Source of the DNA: Thermoplasmata archaeon
GTDB lineage: Archaea > Thermoplasmatota > Thermoplasmata > Lutacidiplasmatales > UBA184
Reading direction: 5' to 3'
DNA length: 51,977 nucleotides
Assembly (NCBI GenBank): GCA_022750125.1
Contig: JAKIWH010000002.1
Coordinates: forward strand, 1-51,977
Part shown: one piece after another, positions 19,416 through 29,026 of the stretch
Position numbering within the stretch: position 1 is the stretch's first letter
Layout: every line of letters begins with the position of its first letter
Program-made: the position numbers and the translations under genes
The notes under the pieces: generated by a model
The model's input: the letters and a program-made list of their open reading frames with translations, nothing else
Databases searched by the model: none
What the model was told of the DNA's origin: nothing

Positions 19416-20906
19416 GTGACGGACCCCGAGGAGTCGAGCCGGCTCGAGGCCGAGCGGCTCGCCAAGATCGAGCGGATCCGTGTGCGGGGCGGCGAGCCGT
19501 ACCCGTGGACGTTCGCCGGACGCGTGAGCACGGCCGAGGCGCGCGCCCAGTGCACGGGGCTCGCGCCGGGCACGGAGGCCGCAGGGTCCGTCCGAGTCGC
19601 CGGCCGAATTCGCTCGATCCGGGAGCACGGGCAATCGAGCTTCCTCGACCTCGAGGACGCCGCGGGCTCGATCCAGTTGTTCCTGCGAGGAGAGGAGCTC
19701 GGGGATCGATACGACCTGGCGCTCGCCGAGGTGGATCCTGGCGACATCGTCGGCGCGGACGGGGCCCCGTCGGTCACCCGTCGAGGCGAGCCCTCGATCC
19801 GGGTGAACTCCCTCGAGCTCCTCGCGAAGGCGATCCACCCACCCCCCGACAAGTACCATGGGCTCAAGGACCCCGAGGCGCGGCTGCGCCAGCGGTACGT
19901 CGAGCTGCTCACCTCCCCCGAGAGCCGGGTCCGGTTCCAGGGTCGGTACGAGATTCTCCGGGAAACTCGGCGATTCTTCGACGCCCACGGTTTCATGGAG
20001 GCCGAGACCGCCGTGCTCGTCCCGGTCGCGGGCGGGGCCGCGGCCGAGCCGTTCACCACCCACTCTCGGTACCTCGACAACGACCTCCAGCTCCGAATTT
20101 CCCTCGAGCTTCCGTTGAAGCGGCTCCTCGTCGGCGGCTTCGAACGGGTGTACGAGCTCGGCCAGGTGTTCCGGAACGAGGACCTCGACACGATCCACTC
20201 CCCCGAGTTCACCCTCCTCGAGGCGTACTGGGCCTACGCCGACTACCTCGACATGCGGGGACTCGTCGAGCAGCTGTACGGCGAGCTCGCGGCGCACGTC
20301 GCGAGGCGGTACCCCGAGCTCCCGGCAGCGGCCGGTGCACCCTCGCTCTTCCGCGCGCCGTTCGCCACCGTGGATTTCGTCGAGGCGCTCGAGGCGAAGA
20401 TGGGGACGACGGGAGTTCTCGAGCGGAGCCGGGAAGAGCTCGGTGCCCTCGCGCGAGCGGCGGGCGCCTCCGTTCCCGAGGACTCCCCCGCGGGGGTCTT
20501 CCTCGACAAGCTGTTCGACAAGTACGTCACTCCGGGGCTCGTCCGGCCGACGTTCGTGATGGACCACCCGCTCGCTACAACCCCGCTGGCGAAACGCCAC
20601 CGCAGTAAGCCCGGGAGGGTCGAGCGGTTCGAGCTCTTCTGCGGGGAGCTCGAGCTCGCGAACGCGTACACGGAGCTCAACGATCCCGTGGAGCAGGAAC
20701 GGCGCTTCAAGGCGCAGGCCGGGGGACGGGCCGAGGCGGCGTACGCGTTCGATGCGGACTTCGTTGAGGCGCTCCGCTACGGCATGCCGCCCGCGACCGG
20801 CGTCGGGATCGGCATAGATCGGGCCGTGATGCGGCTGCTCGGGGTCTCTTCCATCAAGGAGGTCCGCCTCTTCCCCCAAACCCGCCCGAAGGCGGACGCC
20901 GCGTAG
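19416..20906 (+). CDS. lysS: Lysyl-tRNA synthetase, class II
   Basis: N-terminal OB fold, GGAAAEPF, LRISLEL, FRNE..HSPEFT, ELANAYTELNDP, GMPPATGVGIGIDR. Confidence 0.96.
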   Translation: MTDPEESSRLEAERLAKIERIRVRGGEPYPWTFAGRVSTAEARAQCTGLAPGTEAAGSVRVAGRIRSIREHGQSSFLDLEDAAGSIQLFLRGEELGDRYDLALAEVDPGDIVGADGAPSVTRRGEPSIRVNSLELLAKAIHPPPDKYHGLKDPEARLRQRYVELLTSPESRVRFQGRYEILRETRRFFDAHGFMEAETAVLVPVAGGAAAEPFTTHSRYLDNDLQLRISLELPLKRLLVGGFERVYELGQVFRNEDLDTIHSPEFTLLEAYWAYADYLDMRGLVEQLYGELAAHVARRYPELPAAAGAPSLFRAPFATVDFVEALEAKMGTTGVLERSREELGALARAAGASVPEDSPAGVFLDKLFDKYVTPGLVRPTFVMDHPLATTPLAKRHRSKPGRVERFELFCGELELANAYTELNDPVEQERRFKAQAGGRAEAAYAFDADFVEALRYGMPPATGVGIGIDRAVMRLLGVSSIKEVRLFPQTRPKADAA

Positions 20907-20922
20907 CTCGGGAACTTTCCGT

Positions 20923-21960
20923 CTAGAGCGTTCGAGCGATCCGCCGGTCCCGCCGGCGGGCGAGGAGGAGACCCGCCCCGGCGAGCACCGACGCTGCGAC
21001 GATCGCCCCGAGGTAGACGGGGGCGCTCCCGCTCACGGTTCGGGGCAGGAGTGGGGCCGGCAACGTGAGGAGGAACCGGGCGCTCCCGTTTACGCTCGAG
21101 CTCCCCTTCCCGGAGGACGCGAGGGTGACCCGGTCGACGCTCGAATTCGCGTAGAAGGTCCCGGCCGTCACGCCAACGCTCCGGTTCGAGGCGCGCGCTG
21201 CGGAGTTCCAGGAGAGGGTCACCTGCGACCCACCGGGGCCGGTCGCGCCAACGCTCCCGGTCGTCGAGGAGGACCAGACGATGCCTCCCGGCGCGAGGGT
21301 GGCGCCGGAGCAGCTCACGGGGGTGACGCTCCCGGGGCAGGAGGAAAAGCCGGTCCCGTTCGGGAAGGAGAACTGCATCTCGATCCCGAGGAGGTCCGAG
21401 CTCGACTGCCACGGCCAGTTCACGATGCTCCAGTTGAGGGCGATGCCCTGCTGGCCCGCCGTCGGCGGAAGAAGCCCGTAGGAGACGGAGAGCTCCGCGT
21501 GGCCCTTCGAGGGATTCGCGGCGATGCTCTCGAGGTTCGAGCCGGCCCAGAGGGGAAGGCCTGCATACCGCACTCCGAGCGTGCCGTTGAGGCCGAGGTC
21601 GAATCGGCCCACACCGCCCGACTGCGTGACGTTGAACGCCGACGTGCTCTCGGGATTCGCCGCGAGCTCGACGATGGGATGCGTCCCGTTGAGCGGGGCG
21701 AGCTCGAGCACGTGGGCGAGCCCGAGGACGGAGTCCACCGAGGGGTTCGCGTCCTGCACGAGCTCGACGCTTGGGACGTCGCTTGGGAAGAGCACTCGAA
21801 TCGCGCCGCTGTTGTAGGCCGTGCTGTTGTAAGATGGAGCGTCCGCGCGCGCGCCTGCGAAGAACAGCGGGCCGAAGAAGAGTACGGCGACGAGAAGGAC
21901 GGCAAAGGTGCCTGCCGGGGCCGTTCGAGAAGCGCCCCGGGAGCGGGGCCGGAGGTGCAT
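20923..21960 (-). CDS. Secreted, C-terminally membrane-anchored surface glycoprotein (hypothetical)
   Basis: Signal peptide ending ARA|DA, Ser/Gly/Asn-rich beta region with many sequons, C-terminal TM plus RRRDRR. Start trimmed to ATG 21960. Confidence 0.75.
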   Translation of the reverse strand: MHLRPRSRGASRTAPAGTFAVLLVAVLFFGPLFFAGARADAPSYNSTAYNSGAIRVLFPSDVPSVELVQDANPSVDSVLGLAHVLELAPLNGTHPIVELAANPESTSAFNVTQSGGVGRFDLGLNGTLGVRYAGLPLWAGSNLESIAANPSKGHAELSVSYGLLPPTAGQQGIALNWSIVNWPWQSSSDLLGIEMQFSFPNGTGFSSCPGSVTPVSCSGATLAPGGIVWSSSTTGSVGATGPGGSQVTLSWNSAARASNRSVGVTAGTFYANSSVDRVTLASSGKGSSSVNGSARFLLTLPAPLLPRTVSGSAPVYLGAIVAASVLAGAGLLLARRRDRRIARTL

Positions 21961-22031
21961 GGATGTGCTCCTATCCGCACCGGGTACCGCGGGGCTCGGC
22001 GCATAAGGCTTGTCGAACATCCGTTGCTCGT

Positions 22032-22571
22032 TCACGGGTGGAGCTCCGACCAGAACCTCAGGAACCGGTCGACGACCGTCTCGGGCAGCGGCGGGTACCG
22101 GAGCAGGATCTCGTGCACCCGCTTCGGTTCCGCGAGCCGGACGGTCCGTCCGGCGCCCGCGCCCTCCCGGACGACCACCCCGACCGCCTCGAGCCGCCGG
22201 AGGTAGTAGGCGAGGTTCGTGCTCGACGCGGAGACCTCCTCGGCGAGCGCGCCCGGGGGTGCCGGACCGTCGAGGTAGAGCTGCAGCAAGATCGCGCGGG
22301 GGACCGCCTGACGCAGGAGCGAAAGGAGCAGTTTCTCCTCCTCCGACATCGGGGTGCCGAAGCCGACGGGGGTCTCCGGAAAGCAGCACTTGTAGCCTCC
22401 CTGGAAACGGATCGCGATGAACCCCTTCCGGCCGAGCTGGTAGAGGTGGTAGTCGAGCGTCCCGATCGGGATCGAGAGGCGGCGCCGGATCTCCCGGAGA
22501 TGACCGCCCGGGTACTGTTGCACGAAGCTGAGGAGCGCCTCGGCCCAGGTTCCGCTAGCACGACCCGCCAC
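22032..22571 (-). CDS. Tandem winged-HTH transcriptional regulator (COG3398-like)
   Basis: YPGGHLREIRRRL..GTLDYHLYQL and a second HTH, STNLAYYLRRLEAVGVV. Confidence 0.85.
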   Translation of the reverse strand: MAGRASGTWAEALLSFVQQYPGGHLREIRRRLSIPIGTLDYHLYQLGRKGFIAIRFQGGYKCCFPETPVGFGTPMSEEEKLLLSLLRQAVPRAILLQLYLDGPAPPGALAEEVSASSTNLAYYLRRLEAVGVVVREGAGAGRTVRLAEPKRVHEILLRYPPLPETVVDRFLRFWSELHP

Positions 22572-22604
22572 TGTCTCGCCTTCCCCCTGGCTCGCCGATC
22601 GCCC

Positions 22605-22877
22605 CTAGCGGACGAGCGTCGCGAGGAAGAGCACCACGAGGACGGCCATCTCGAACGCGGCGGAGACGAGGAGGAGGAACGTGGCGTCGGCCCCCCCGAG
22701 CGCGAGGCTCCAGCCGACGTAGACGCCTTGGACCGCCAGGAGGAGAAACCCGAGGCTCACGAGGTACATCCGGGGGGAACGGGACCGGCGTACCGCCACG
22801 ATCGAGAGGCCGCTGAGCGCCGCACCCAGCACCGCCACTCCAGCGTACGCCGCGTCGGCGAGCGTGCCGGTGTCCAT
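22605..22877 (-). CDS. Small three-TM membrane protein
   Basis: Three hydrophobic helices with an A.RR..S.RM..V.LGF loop, a pattern recalled from archaeal proteins encoded beside double-HTH regulators. Confidence 0.75.
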   Translation of the reverse strand: MDTGTLADAAYAGVAVLGAALSGLSIVAVRRSRSPRMYLVSLGFLLLAVQGVYVGWSLALGGADATFLLLVSAAFEMAVLVVLFLATLVR

Positions 22878-22903
22878 CTTTAGTTCCGGAACGGTGGTGT
22901 CGC

Positions 22904-22909
22904 TTTTAA
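22904..22909. promoter_or_regulatory. Probable bidirectional TATA box (TTTTAA/TTAAAA)
   Basis: Lies about 22-27 nt from both divergent starts (ATG 22877 minus, GTG 22931 plus). Confidence 0.55.
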
Positions 22910-22930
22910 CAGCCCCTCCCTCGGTCGGGG

Positions 22931-23728
22931 GTGGAGGAGCCTACCTCGCCCGCGGCGGTGCCGCTTGCGATCGAAGGGCTCCGGATCGAGTACGGGTCGA
23001 TCGTAGCCGTCGAGCGGCTCTCGGTGAGCGTTCGACCGGGGGAGATCTACGGGCTTCTCGGTTCGAACGGTGCCGGCAAGTCGAGCACCATCCGAAGCGT
23101 CGTCGGGCTCGTTGCGCCCGCCGCGGGGTCGATCCGGGTGTTCGGGCTCGACCCCGTCCGCGAGGCGATCTCCGTGCGGGCCCGGACGGGCTACGTGCCC
23201 GAAAGTCCCCTCCTGTTCGATGCGCTCACGCCCCGCGAGTTCCTCGAGTTCGTTGCGTCGGTCCGGGAGCTCACCCAAGCGGATGCCGCGGACCGTGCGG
23301 GGCGGTACCTCTCCGCGCTCGGGCTGGAAGGGGAGACCGAGCAGCCGCTCGCCGGCCTCTCGATGGGCACGCGACAAAAGGTGCTCCTCGTTGCGGCGCT
23401 GCTGCATCGGCCAGCGCTGCTGGTTCTCGACGAACCGCTGCAGCACCTCGATCCCCGCTCCGTGCGGATCGTGAAGGAGCTCCTCGGGGCGTACGTTCGC
23501 GAGAACGGCCGGGGCGTGCTCCTCTCCACCCACCAGATGGAAGTGGCGGAGCAGCTCTGCCACCGTGTCGGGATCCTCGACCGTGGCCGGCTGCGTGCCG
23601 AAGGTCCGATCTCCGAGCTCCGCGCCGCCCACGGCGGCGAGTCGGCCACCCTAGAACAAGTGTTCCTGCGGGTCACCGACGCGGAGGCCGACGTCGCCGC
23701 CGCGGTGCGCCACCTCACGGACCGGTGA
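22931..23728 (+). CDS. ABC transporter ATP-binding protein
   Basis: GSNGAGKS Walker A, LSMG signature, LVLDEP Walker B, STH switch. Confidence 0.95.
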   Translation: MEEPTSPAAVPLAIEGLRIEYGSIVAVERLSVSVRPGEIYGLLGSNGAGKSSTIRSVVGLVAPAAGSIRVFGLDPVREAISVRARTGYVPESPLLFDALTPREFLEFVASVRELTQADAADRAGRYLSALGLEGETEQPLAGLSMGTRQKVLLVAALLHRPALLVLDEPLQHLDPRSVRIVKELLGAYVRENGRGVLLSTHQMEVAEQLCHRVGILDRGRLRAEGPISELRAAHGGESATLEQVFLRVTDAEADVAAAVRHLTDR

Positions 23729-25392
23729 GGCTCGTGGCACTCCGCGAGGCCAACCGGCTGAGCCGCACCATCTACGCCGAACTTCGCTTCCAGGCGATCT
23801 ACTCGCTCCGCCAAGGGAACCTTCTCCCGCGGCTCCCCGCCCGCGAGCTCGTCCTCCGGGCCGAGCGCCAGGTGTTCCAGAGCAAGATCGCGGTCGCCTT
23901 CCTGCTCGGGCTCCTGCAGCTCGGGACGCTCGCCCTGCTCACCCCGAGGGGGGAGCTGCTCTTGGGAGCGGGAGTTCCCCGTCCCGTCTACATCGCGACG
24001 GTCCTCGGAGGGCTCTGGCTCATCGAGCTGAGCCTTCTCTGGACCGAGGGGCTCCAGATCCTTCCGACATTCCTCTCGAGCCGAGCCGTGAGCCTCCTGG
24101 AGACGTTGCCCATCGACCGCCGAACGGGCGAGGAGGCCTCGATGCTCGCCGTGCTCCGCCTCTTCGACCTGCCGGCGATTGTCGCCATCGTGGGCCCGGC
24201 ATTCGTGATCGGGGTGGCGCTCTCGAATCCCTGGGCCGCGATCGCTGCCGTGCCGGGGGGGATCGCCGTCGTGCTCCTCGGGCTCGTGCTCTCGCTTGCG
24301 ACCGGTGGGTTCTTTGTCCGCCACCTCGCTTCCGCGCCGGGCGGGCGACGCTCGACCGCCGTCCGCTGGCTCTTCCTGCTCGCCGGGACGGTCCCCGCGT
24401 TGGGGCTCTATGCCTTCTTCAGCTTCGCACCGCCGCTCATGGCCGCGCTCGGAACACTTTCGAGCGACCACTCCTCCGCCGTGGGCGCGCTGTTCCTCCT
24501 CTTCCCGTTCGCGTTCGCCGCGCTCCCCGGGTCGACGGCGGGACTCTCCCTCCCGCCACCCCTCGCGGGCCCCCTCCTTGCCCTGGTGCTCGTGGGGTAC
24601 ACGGCGATCTTCCTCACCGGAGCGAGCTGGCTCGTCGGCGCGCCCCGCCGGCTTTCGCTGGCCGTCGCGAACGCAACGGCCCGTCCGAGTCGCGGTGCGA
24701 GGCTCCGGACGACGGGGCCCGCCTGGGCGGTGTTCCAGAAGGACCTCCGCGTCGCCTCCCGAACGCCGGGCTACGGATTCCTCATCCTCCTCCCGCTCCT
24801 CGACGCGGCGGCGCTCGGGCTCGCCACCTTCAGCCTGAAGCCGGATCCGTCGACCATCGCGAGCTTGGGCTCAGCGGCGGTCTCCACCTCGGAGCTGCTC
24901 GCAATCTTCTTCGCTCCTGCCTTCTTCGCGACCGAGGTGATCGGGCTATCGTACACGCGGGCGCTCCCGCTCACCGGCCGGTCGCTCCTCGGTGGAAAGC
25001 TCGCGCTGGTCCTCCTGATCTACCTCCTCTCCGCCGGGATCGTCCTCACGCTCACGCTCCTTCGGCTGTTCGAACCGGTCTTCCTCCTCCTCTTCGTCGC
25101 CGCGGGCCTGCCGGGGCTCCTCGCGGCCGCCTGCGGTGAGCTCGGACTCCTCCTCCGCCGGGCCGCCCGGAAGGGGATGGTCTCGGGCCAGCTGTTCAGC
25201 GGAGGCTGGTGGATGCTCACCGTCGCCATCCCCGGGATCCTCGTGGCCGCGATCCCGCTCGGGAGCTACGCGTACTTCTCGCGCGTTGCGGGCACCTACG
25301 TCGGGCTCGGCGCGCTCGCCGCCGCGGGCTCGGTCGAGCTCGCCCTCCTCCTTCCGCTCGCGCTGCTCGCCGCGCGGGGGGTCGTGACGTGA
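23725..25392 (+). CDS. ABC transporter permease (archaeal multi-TM type)
   Basis: About 12-14 hydrophobic segments, LxxLPI loops, KDLRVASR; GTGA overlap with the ATPase gene. Confidence 0.8.
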   Translation: MRLVALREANRLSRTIYAELRFQAIYSLRQGNLLPRLPARELVLRAERQVFQSKIAVAFLLGLLQLGTLALLTPRGELLLGAGVPRPVYIATVLGGLWLIELSLLWTEGLQILPTFLSSRAVSLLETLPIDRRTGEEASMLAVLRLFDLPAIVAIVGPAFVIGVALSNPWAAIAAVPGGIAVVLLGLVLSLATGGFFVRHLASAPGGRRSTAVRWLFLLAGTVPALGLYAFFSFAPPLMAALGTLSSDHSSAVGALFLLFPFAFAALPGSTAGLSLPPPLAGPLLALVLVGYTAIFLTGASWLVGAPRRLSLAVANATARPSRGARLRTTGPAWAVFQKDLRVASRTPGYGFLILLPLLDAAALGLATFSLKPDPSTIASLGSAAVSTSELLAIFFAPAFFATEVIGLSYTRALPLTGRSLLGGKLALVLLIYLLSAGIVLTLTLLRLFEPVFLLLFVAAGLPGLLAAACGELGLLLRRAARKGMVSGQLFSGGWWMLTVAIPGILVAAIPLGSYAYFSRVAGTYVGLGALAAAGSVELALLLPLALLAARGVVT

Positions 25393-28073
25393 CCCGGACC
25401 GAGCTCCCCTCCCGCTTCGAGCCGCGCGAGATCGAGCGCCGGTGGCAGGAGCGTTGGGCGGAAGCGAAGCTCGCGGCCGCGCCGGGGCGCGCGGGCGAGC
25501 GCCGCTTCTCGATCATCCTCCCTCCCCCGAACGTGACCGGCATCCTCACGATGGGCCACATGCTCGGCGGCACGGTCCAGGACCTTCTCGTACGGTGGCA
25601 CCGGATGCGGGGCGACTCCGTGCTGTGGGTCCCGGGCGTCGACCACGCGGGCCTCTCGACCCAGGTGGAGGTGCGTAAGCGTCTCGCAAAGCAGGGAGTC
25701 GAGCTCGAATCCCTCCCGCGGGAGGAGGTGGTGGCCCGGGTCGAGGAGTGGAAGCAGGAGCACGAGCGGCGGATCCAGGAGCAGCTGCGGGCCGCCGGTT
25801 TCTCCCTCGACTGGAGTCGGTACCGATACACCATGGACGCGGGCTCCGTCCGGGCGACCCGGAAGGCGTTCGTCGAGCTCTACCGGGCAGGACTGATCTA
25901 CCGCGGGGAGCGGATCGTGAACTGGGACCCGAAGCTCGGGACCGCTCTCTCCGACCTCGAGGTCGTTCACCGCGAGGAGCCGGCGGAGCTGCTCTACCTC
26001 ACCTACCGCTGGGCGGACGGCGCGCCGGGGGGTCTCGTCGTCGCCACCGTGCGGCCCGAGACGATCTTCGGCGACATCGCGGTCGCCGTCCACCCCGACG
26101 ACGACCGCCACCGGGAGGCCGTCGGCCGCGAGGTAACGGTGCCGCTCACCGGTCGCGCGGTCCCCGTCGTCACGGACACGGCGGTCGACCCGGCGTTCGG
26201 GAACGGTGCGCTGAAGCTCACCCCCCGGCACGACCTGGTCGACTTCGGGATCTTCCGCCGCCACCCCGACCTCACCTTGCCTCCGTCGATCCTCGACCCA
26301 CGCGGGCTCCTCAGCGGAGAGTGGGTACCCGCGGAGTTCCGTGGCCTGGGCCGCGACGAGGCTCGGCGGAAGGTGACCGACGCCCTCCGCGAAGCCGGCG
26401 CGGTCGCGCGCACCGAGAAGATCACCCACTCGGTCGCCCACTCCGAGCGCACCGACGCGGCGATCGAACCGATGCTCTCGATGCAGTGGTTCGTGCGGAT
26501 GCAGCCGCTCATGGAAGCGGCGGTCCACGCGGTCCGGCGGAGGGAGGTGCGCATCCACCCCGAGCGGTGGGAGGCGACCTTCTTCCACTGGATGGAGACG
26601 ATCGAGGATTGGTGCATCTCGCGGCAGGTGCAGTGGGGCCACCCGATCCCCGTGCTCTATTGCGAGAAGTGCGGGACGCTTGTCGTGGAGGAGAGCCCCC
26701 CCGCGGCCTGCCCCAGCTGCCACGGGACGACGCTCCGGCCGGACCCCGATGTCCTCGACACGTGGTTCTCCTCCTGGCTCTGGCCGTTCTCGGCGCTCGG
26801 ATGGCCCGAGCCCACGAGCGACCTCGCCGAGTACTTCCCGACGAGCGCGCTCGTCACCGGACCCGACATCGTGTTCTTCTGGGTCGCACGGATGGTGATG
26901 GCCTCCTACCATTTCCGGAAGGAGCGGCCGTTCTCCGACGTCTACTTCACCGGGATGCTCCGCGACGCCTCCGGGCGCAAGATGTCGAAGCACCTCGGGA
27001 ACTCCCCCGACCCGGCGGACCTGATCCGCGAGTGGGGGGCCGACGCCGTCCGGTTCGCGCTCCTGTTCCCGAACCCGGCGGACCAGGACGTTCGCTTCTC
27101 TCCCGCCACCATCGAGGGCGCGCGCAATTTCCTCACGAAGCTTTGGAACCTCGTCCGCCTGCTCGTGAGCCACCTGCCCGAGGGGAGCGAGCCACCGAGC
27201 CACGCCCCCCCCATCGATCCGTCGGCGCCGCTCGAGGACCGCTGGATCTTGGGACGGTACAACCGCGTCGCCGAGGAGGTAGACCAGGCGCTCGCCGCCT
27301 TCGAGTTCACGCAGGCGACGGGTGCGATGTACAACTTCCTCTGGCACGACGTGGCGGACCGGTACGTCGAGATCGCGAAGGAGTCGCTCGCCGGTCGCAA
27401 CGGCGAGGTCGCCGCGCGACGGTCCCGCGGCGTGCTGCTCTTCGTGCTCGAGCGTTCCCTCCGCCGACTTCACCCGATGGTTCCTCACGTGACGGAGGAG
27501 CTCTGGCACGCGTTGCCCCACGACGGAGAATGGCTCGTTCGTGCACCGTGGCCGCCGCCGGGGGAGGTGCCGTTCGACCCGGAGGCCGAGCTCGAGAGCG
27601 AGGCGCTCTGGAGCACGATCCGGGCGTTGCGTCTCTTGCGCTCCGAGCACCAGATACCGGCTTCCGAACGTCCGCCGGCGTGGGCCCGACCGGCGACCGA
27701 GCAGGTGCGACAAATCCTTCATCGGGAGTCCGAGCAGATCCGAAGGCTTGCCCGGATCGATTCGCTCATCGTGCTCGCCCCAGGGGCAGTACCGCCCCTG
27801 GAGTCGCTCGCGCACGTCACCCCCGAGGGGGAGGTGTTCCTGCCACGGAGCGCCGCGCCCGAGGGCGCCGAGGGCGAGGCGCTCGAGCGAGAACGGGAGA
27901 AGCTCGCCCTCCTGCTCGTGAAGAGCCGCGACCGGCTCGCGGACCCCGGCTTTCGCGCGCGTGCCCCGCCGGAGGTCGTGAAGGGCGTGGAGCAAAAGGT
28001 GGAGGAGCTCGAGCGCCGAATCCGAACGATCGAAGGACATCTCGCGAGGATGGGCTCTGGAGGTGCCGCATGA
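25389..28073 (+). CDS. valS: Valyl-tRNA synthetase (bacterial type)
   Basis: PPPNVTG..TMGH, DHAG, DWCISRQ, DVLDTWFSS, DIVFFWVARM, KMSKH, C-terminal coiled-coil arm. Confidence 0.96.
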   Translation: MTRTELPSRFEPREIERRWQERWAEAKLAAAPGRAGERRFSIILPPPNVTGILTMGHMLGGTVQDLLVRWHRMRGDSVLWVPGVDHAGLSTQVEVRKRLAKQGVELESLPREEVVARVEEWKQEHERRIQEQLRAAGFSLDWSRYRYTMDAGSVRATRKAFVELYRAGLIYRGERIVNWDPKLGTALSDLEVVHREEPAELLYLTYRWADGAPGGLVVATVRPETIFGDIAVAVHPDDDRHREAVGREVTVPLTGRAVPVVTDTAVDPAFGNGALKLTPRHDLVDFGIFRRHPDLTLPPSILDPRGLLSGEWVPAEFRGLGRDEARRKVTDALREAGAVARTEKITHSVAHSERTDAAIEPMLSMQWFVRMQPLMEAAVHAVRRREVRIHPERWEATFFHWMETIEDWCISRQVQWGHPIPVLYCEKCGTLVVEESPPAACPSCHGTTLRPDPDVLDTWFSSWLWPFSALGWPEPTSDLAEYFPTSALVTGPDIVFFWVARMVMASYHFRKERPFSDVYFTGMLRDASGRKMSKHLGNSPDPADLIREWGADAVRFALLFPNPADQDVRFSPATIEGARNFLTKLWNLVRLLVSHLPEGSEPPSHAPPIDPSAPLEDRWILGRYNRVAEEVDQALAAFEFTQATGAMYNFLWHDVADRYVEIAKESLAGRNGEVAARRSRGVLLFVLERSLRRLHPMVPHVTEELWHALPHDGEWLVRAPWPPPGEVPFDPEAELESEALWSTIRALRLLRSEHQIPASERPPAWARPATEQVRQILHRESEQIRRLARIDSLIVLAPGAVPPLESLAHVTPEGEVFLPRSAAPEGAEGEALEREREKLALLLVKSRDRLADPGFRARAPPEVVKGVEQKVEELERRIRTIEGHLARMGSGGAA

Positions 28074-29026
28074 CCCGCGCTCCTCGCCGCCGCGCTCCCG
28101 CCTCGCTCCCCGAAGGGTTCCCGATGGGCCGGCACGGACGGGTACATCCACCGCTCGGCCTCGGGTTGTGGAATCTCGGCCGCTGGACGCCGAAGGAGGA
28201 GGCCGGGCTACGCCCCGTCATCGATGCAGCTCTCGAGAGCCGGATACCCTGGATCGACACCGCCGAGGTGTACGGGGGAGGCCGGTCCGAACAGCTCCTC
28301 GGCGACGCGCTCGCCCGGCTTGAGCCAGGGGCCTCACGGCCGTTTCTCTCGAGCAAGCTCTCGTACGACCATCTGCGGGCGCGACAGGTCCGCCCCTCCC
28401 TCCAAGGCACGCTCCGCCGGCTCGGGCTCGCCTCGCTCGATCTCTACCTCGTCCACTTCCCGAACCCCCGGGTCCCCATCGTGGAAACGATGACGGAACT
28501 CGCGACGCTCCAGCGGGAGGGAAAGGTGGGCGCGGTCGGCGTGAGCAATTTCTCTCTCCAGGAGCTCGAGGCCTCCCGCACCGCGCTGGGGGAGACGGAA
28601 CTCGTTGCGAACCAACTCCCCTTCAATCTCCTCGAAAGGGAGGAGGCAGCGCCGGTGCAGGAGTACTGTCGACGCAACGGGATCGTGATCGAGGCGTACT
28701 CCCCTCTCGCGCGCGGACTTCTCGCCGGACGGTTTCGCACCGCGGGTCCCCGGGCGGGCGACCCGCGCCGGGGAAGGGGCCTCTTCGACCGAGAGCAGTG
28801 GCCGACCACGCGCTCCAAGGTCCGTGCCCTCAACGCTCTCGCCGAGGAGACGGGGGTGCCGCTCGTCGCCATCGCGCTTCACTGGCTCCTCGCGCAGGGC
28901 GCCGCTCCGGTGTTCGGCTCGGGCACGGTCGAGCAGCTCCGCGCTACGCTCGAGGCCGCACGCTCCCGTCCGGCGAAGGAGGTGCTCGAGCGCGCGGACC
29001 GGATCGCGCGGGGCAATGGCGATTGA
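28070..29026 (+). CDS. Aldo/keto reductase
   Basis: DTAEVYG, SK, DLYLVH, GVSNF, AYSPLARG; ATGA overlap with valS. Confidence 0.92.
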   Translation: MTRAPRRRAPASLPEGFPMGRHGRVHPPLGLGLWNLGRWTPKEEAGLRPVIDAALESRIPWIDTAEVYGGGRSEQLLGDALARLEPGASRPFLSSKLSYDHLRARQVRPSLQGTLRRLGLASLDLYLVHFPNPRVPIVETMTELATLQREGKVGAVGVSNFSLQELEASRTALGETELVANQLPFNLLEREEAAPVQEYCRRNGIVIEAYSPLARGLLAGRFRTAGPRAGDPRRGRGLFDREQWPTTRSKVRALNALAEETGVPLVAIALHWLLAQGAAPVFGSGTVEQLRATLEAARSRPAKEVLERADRIARGNGD

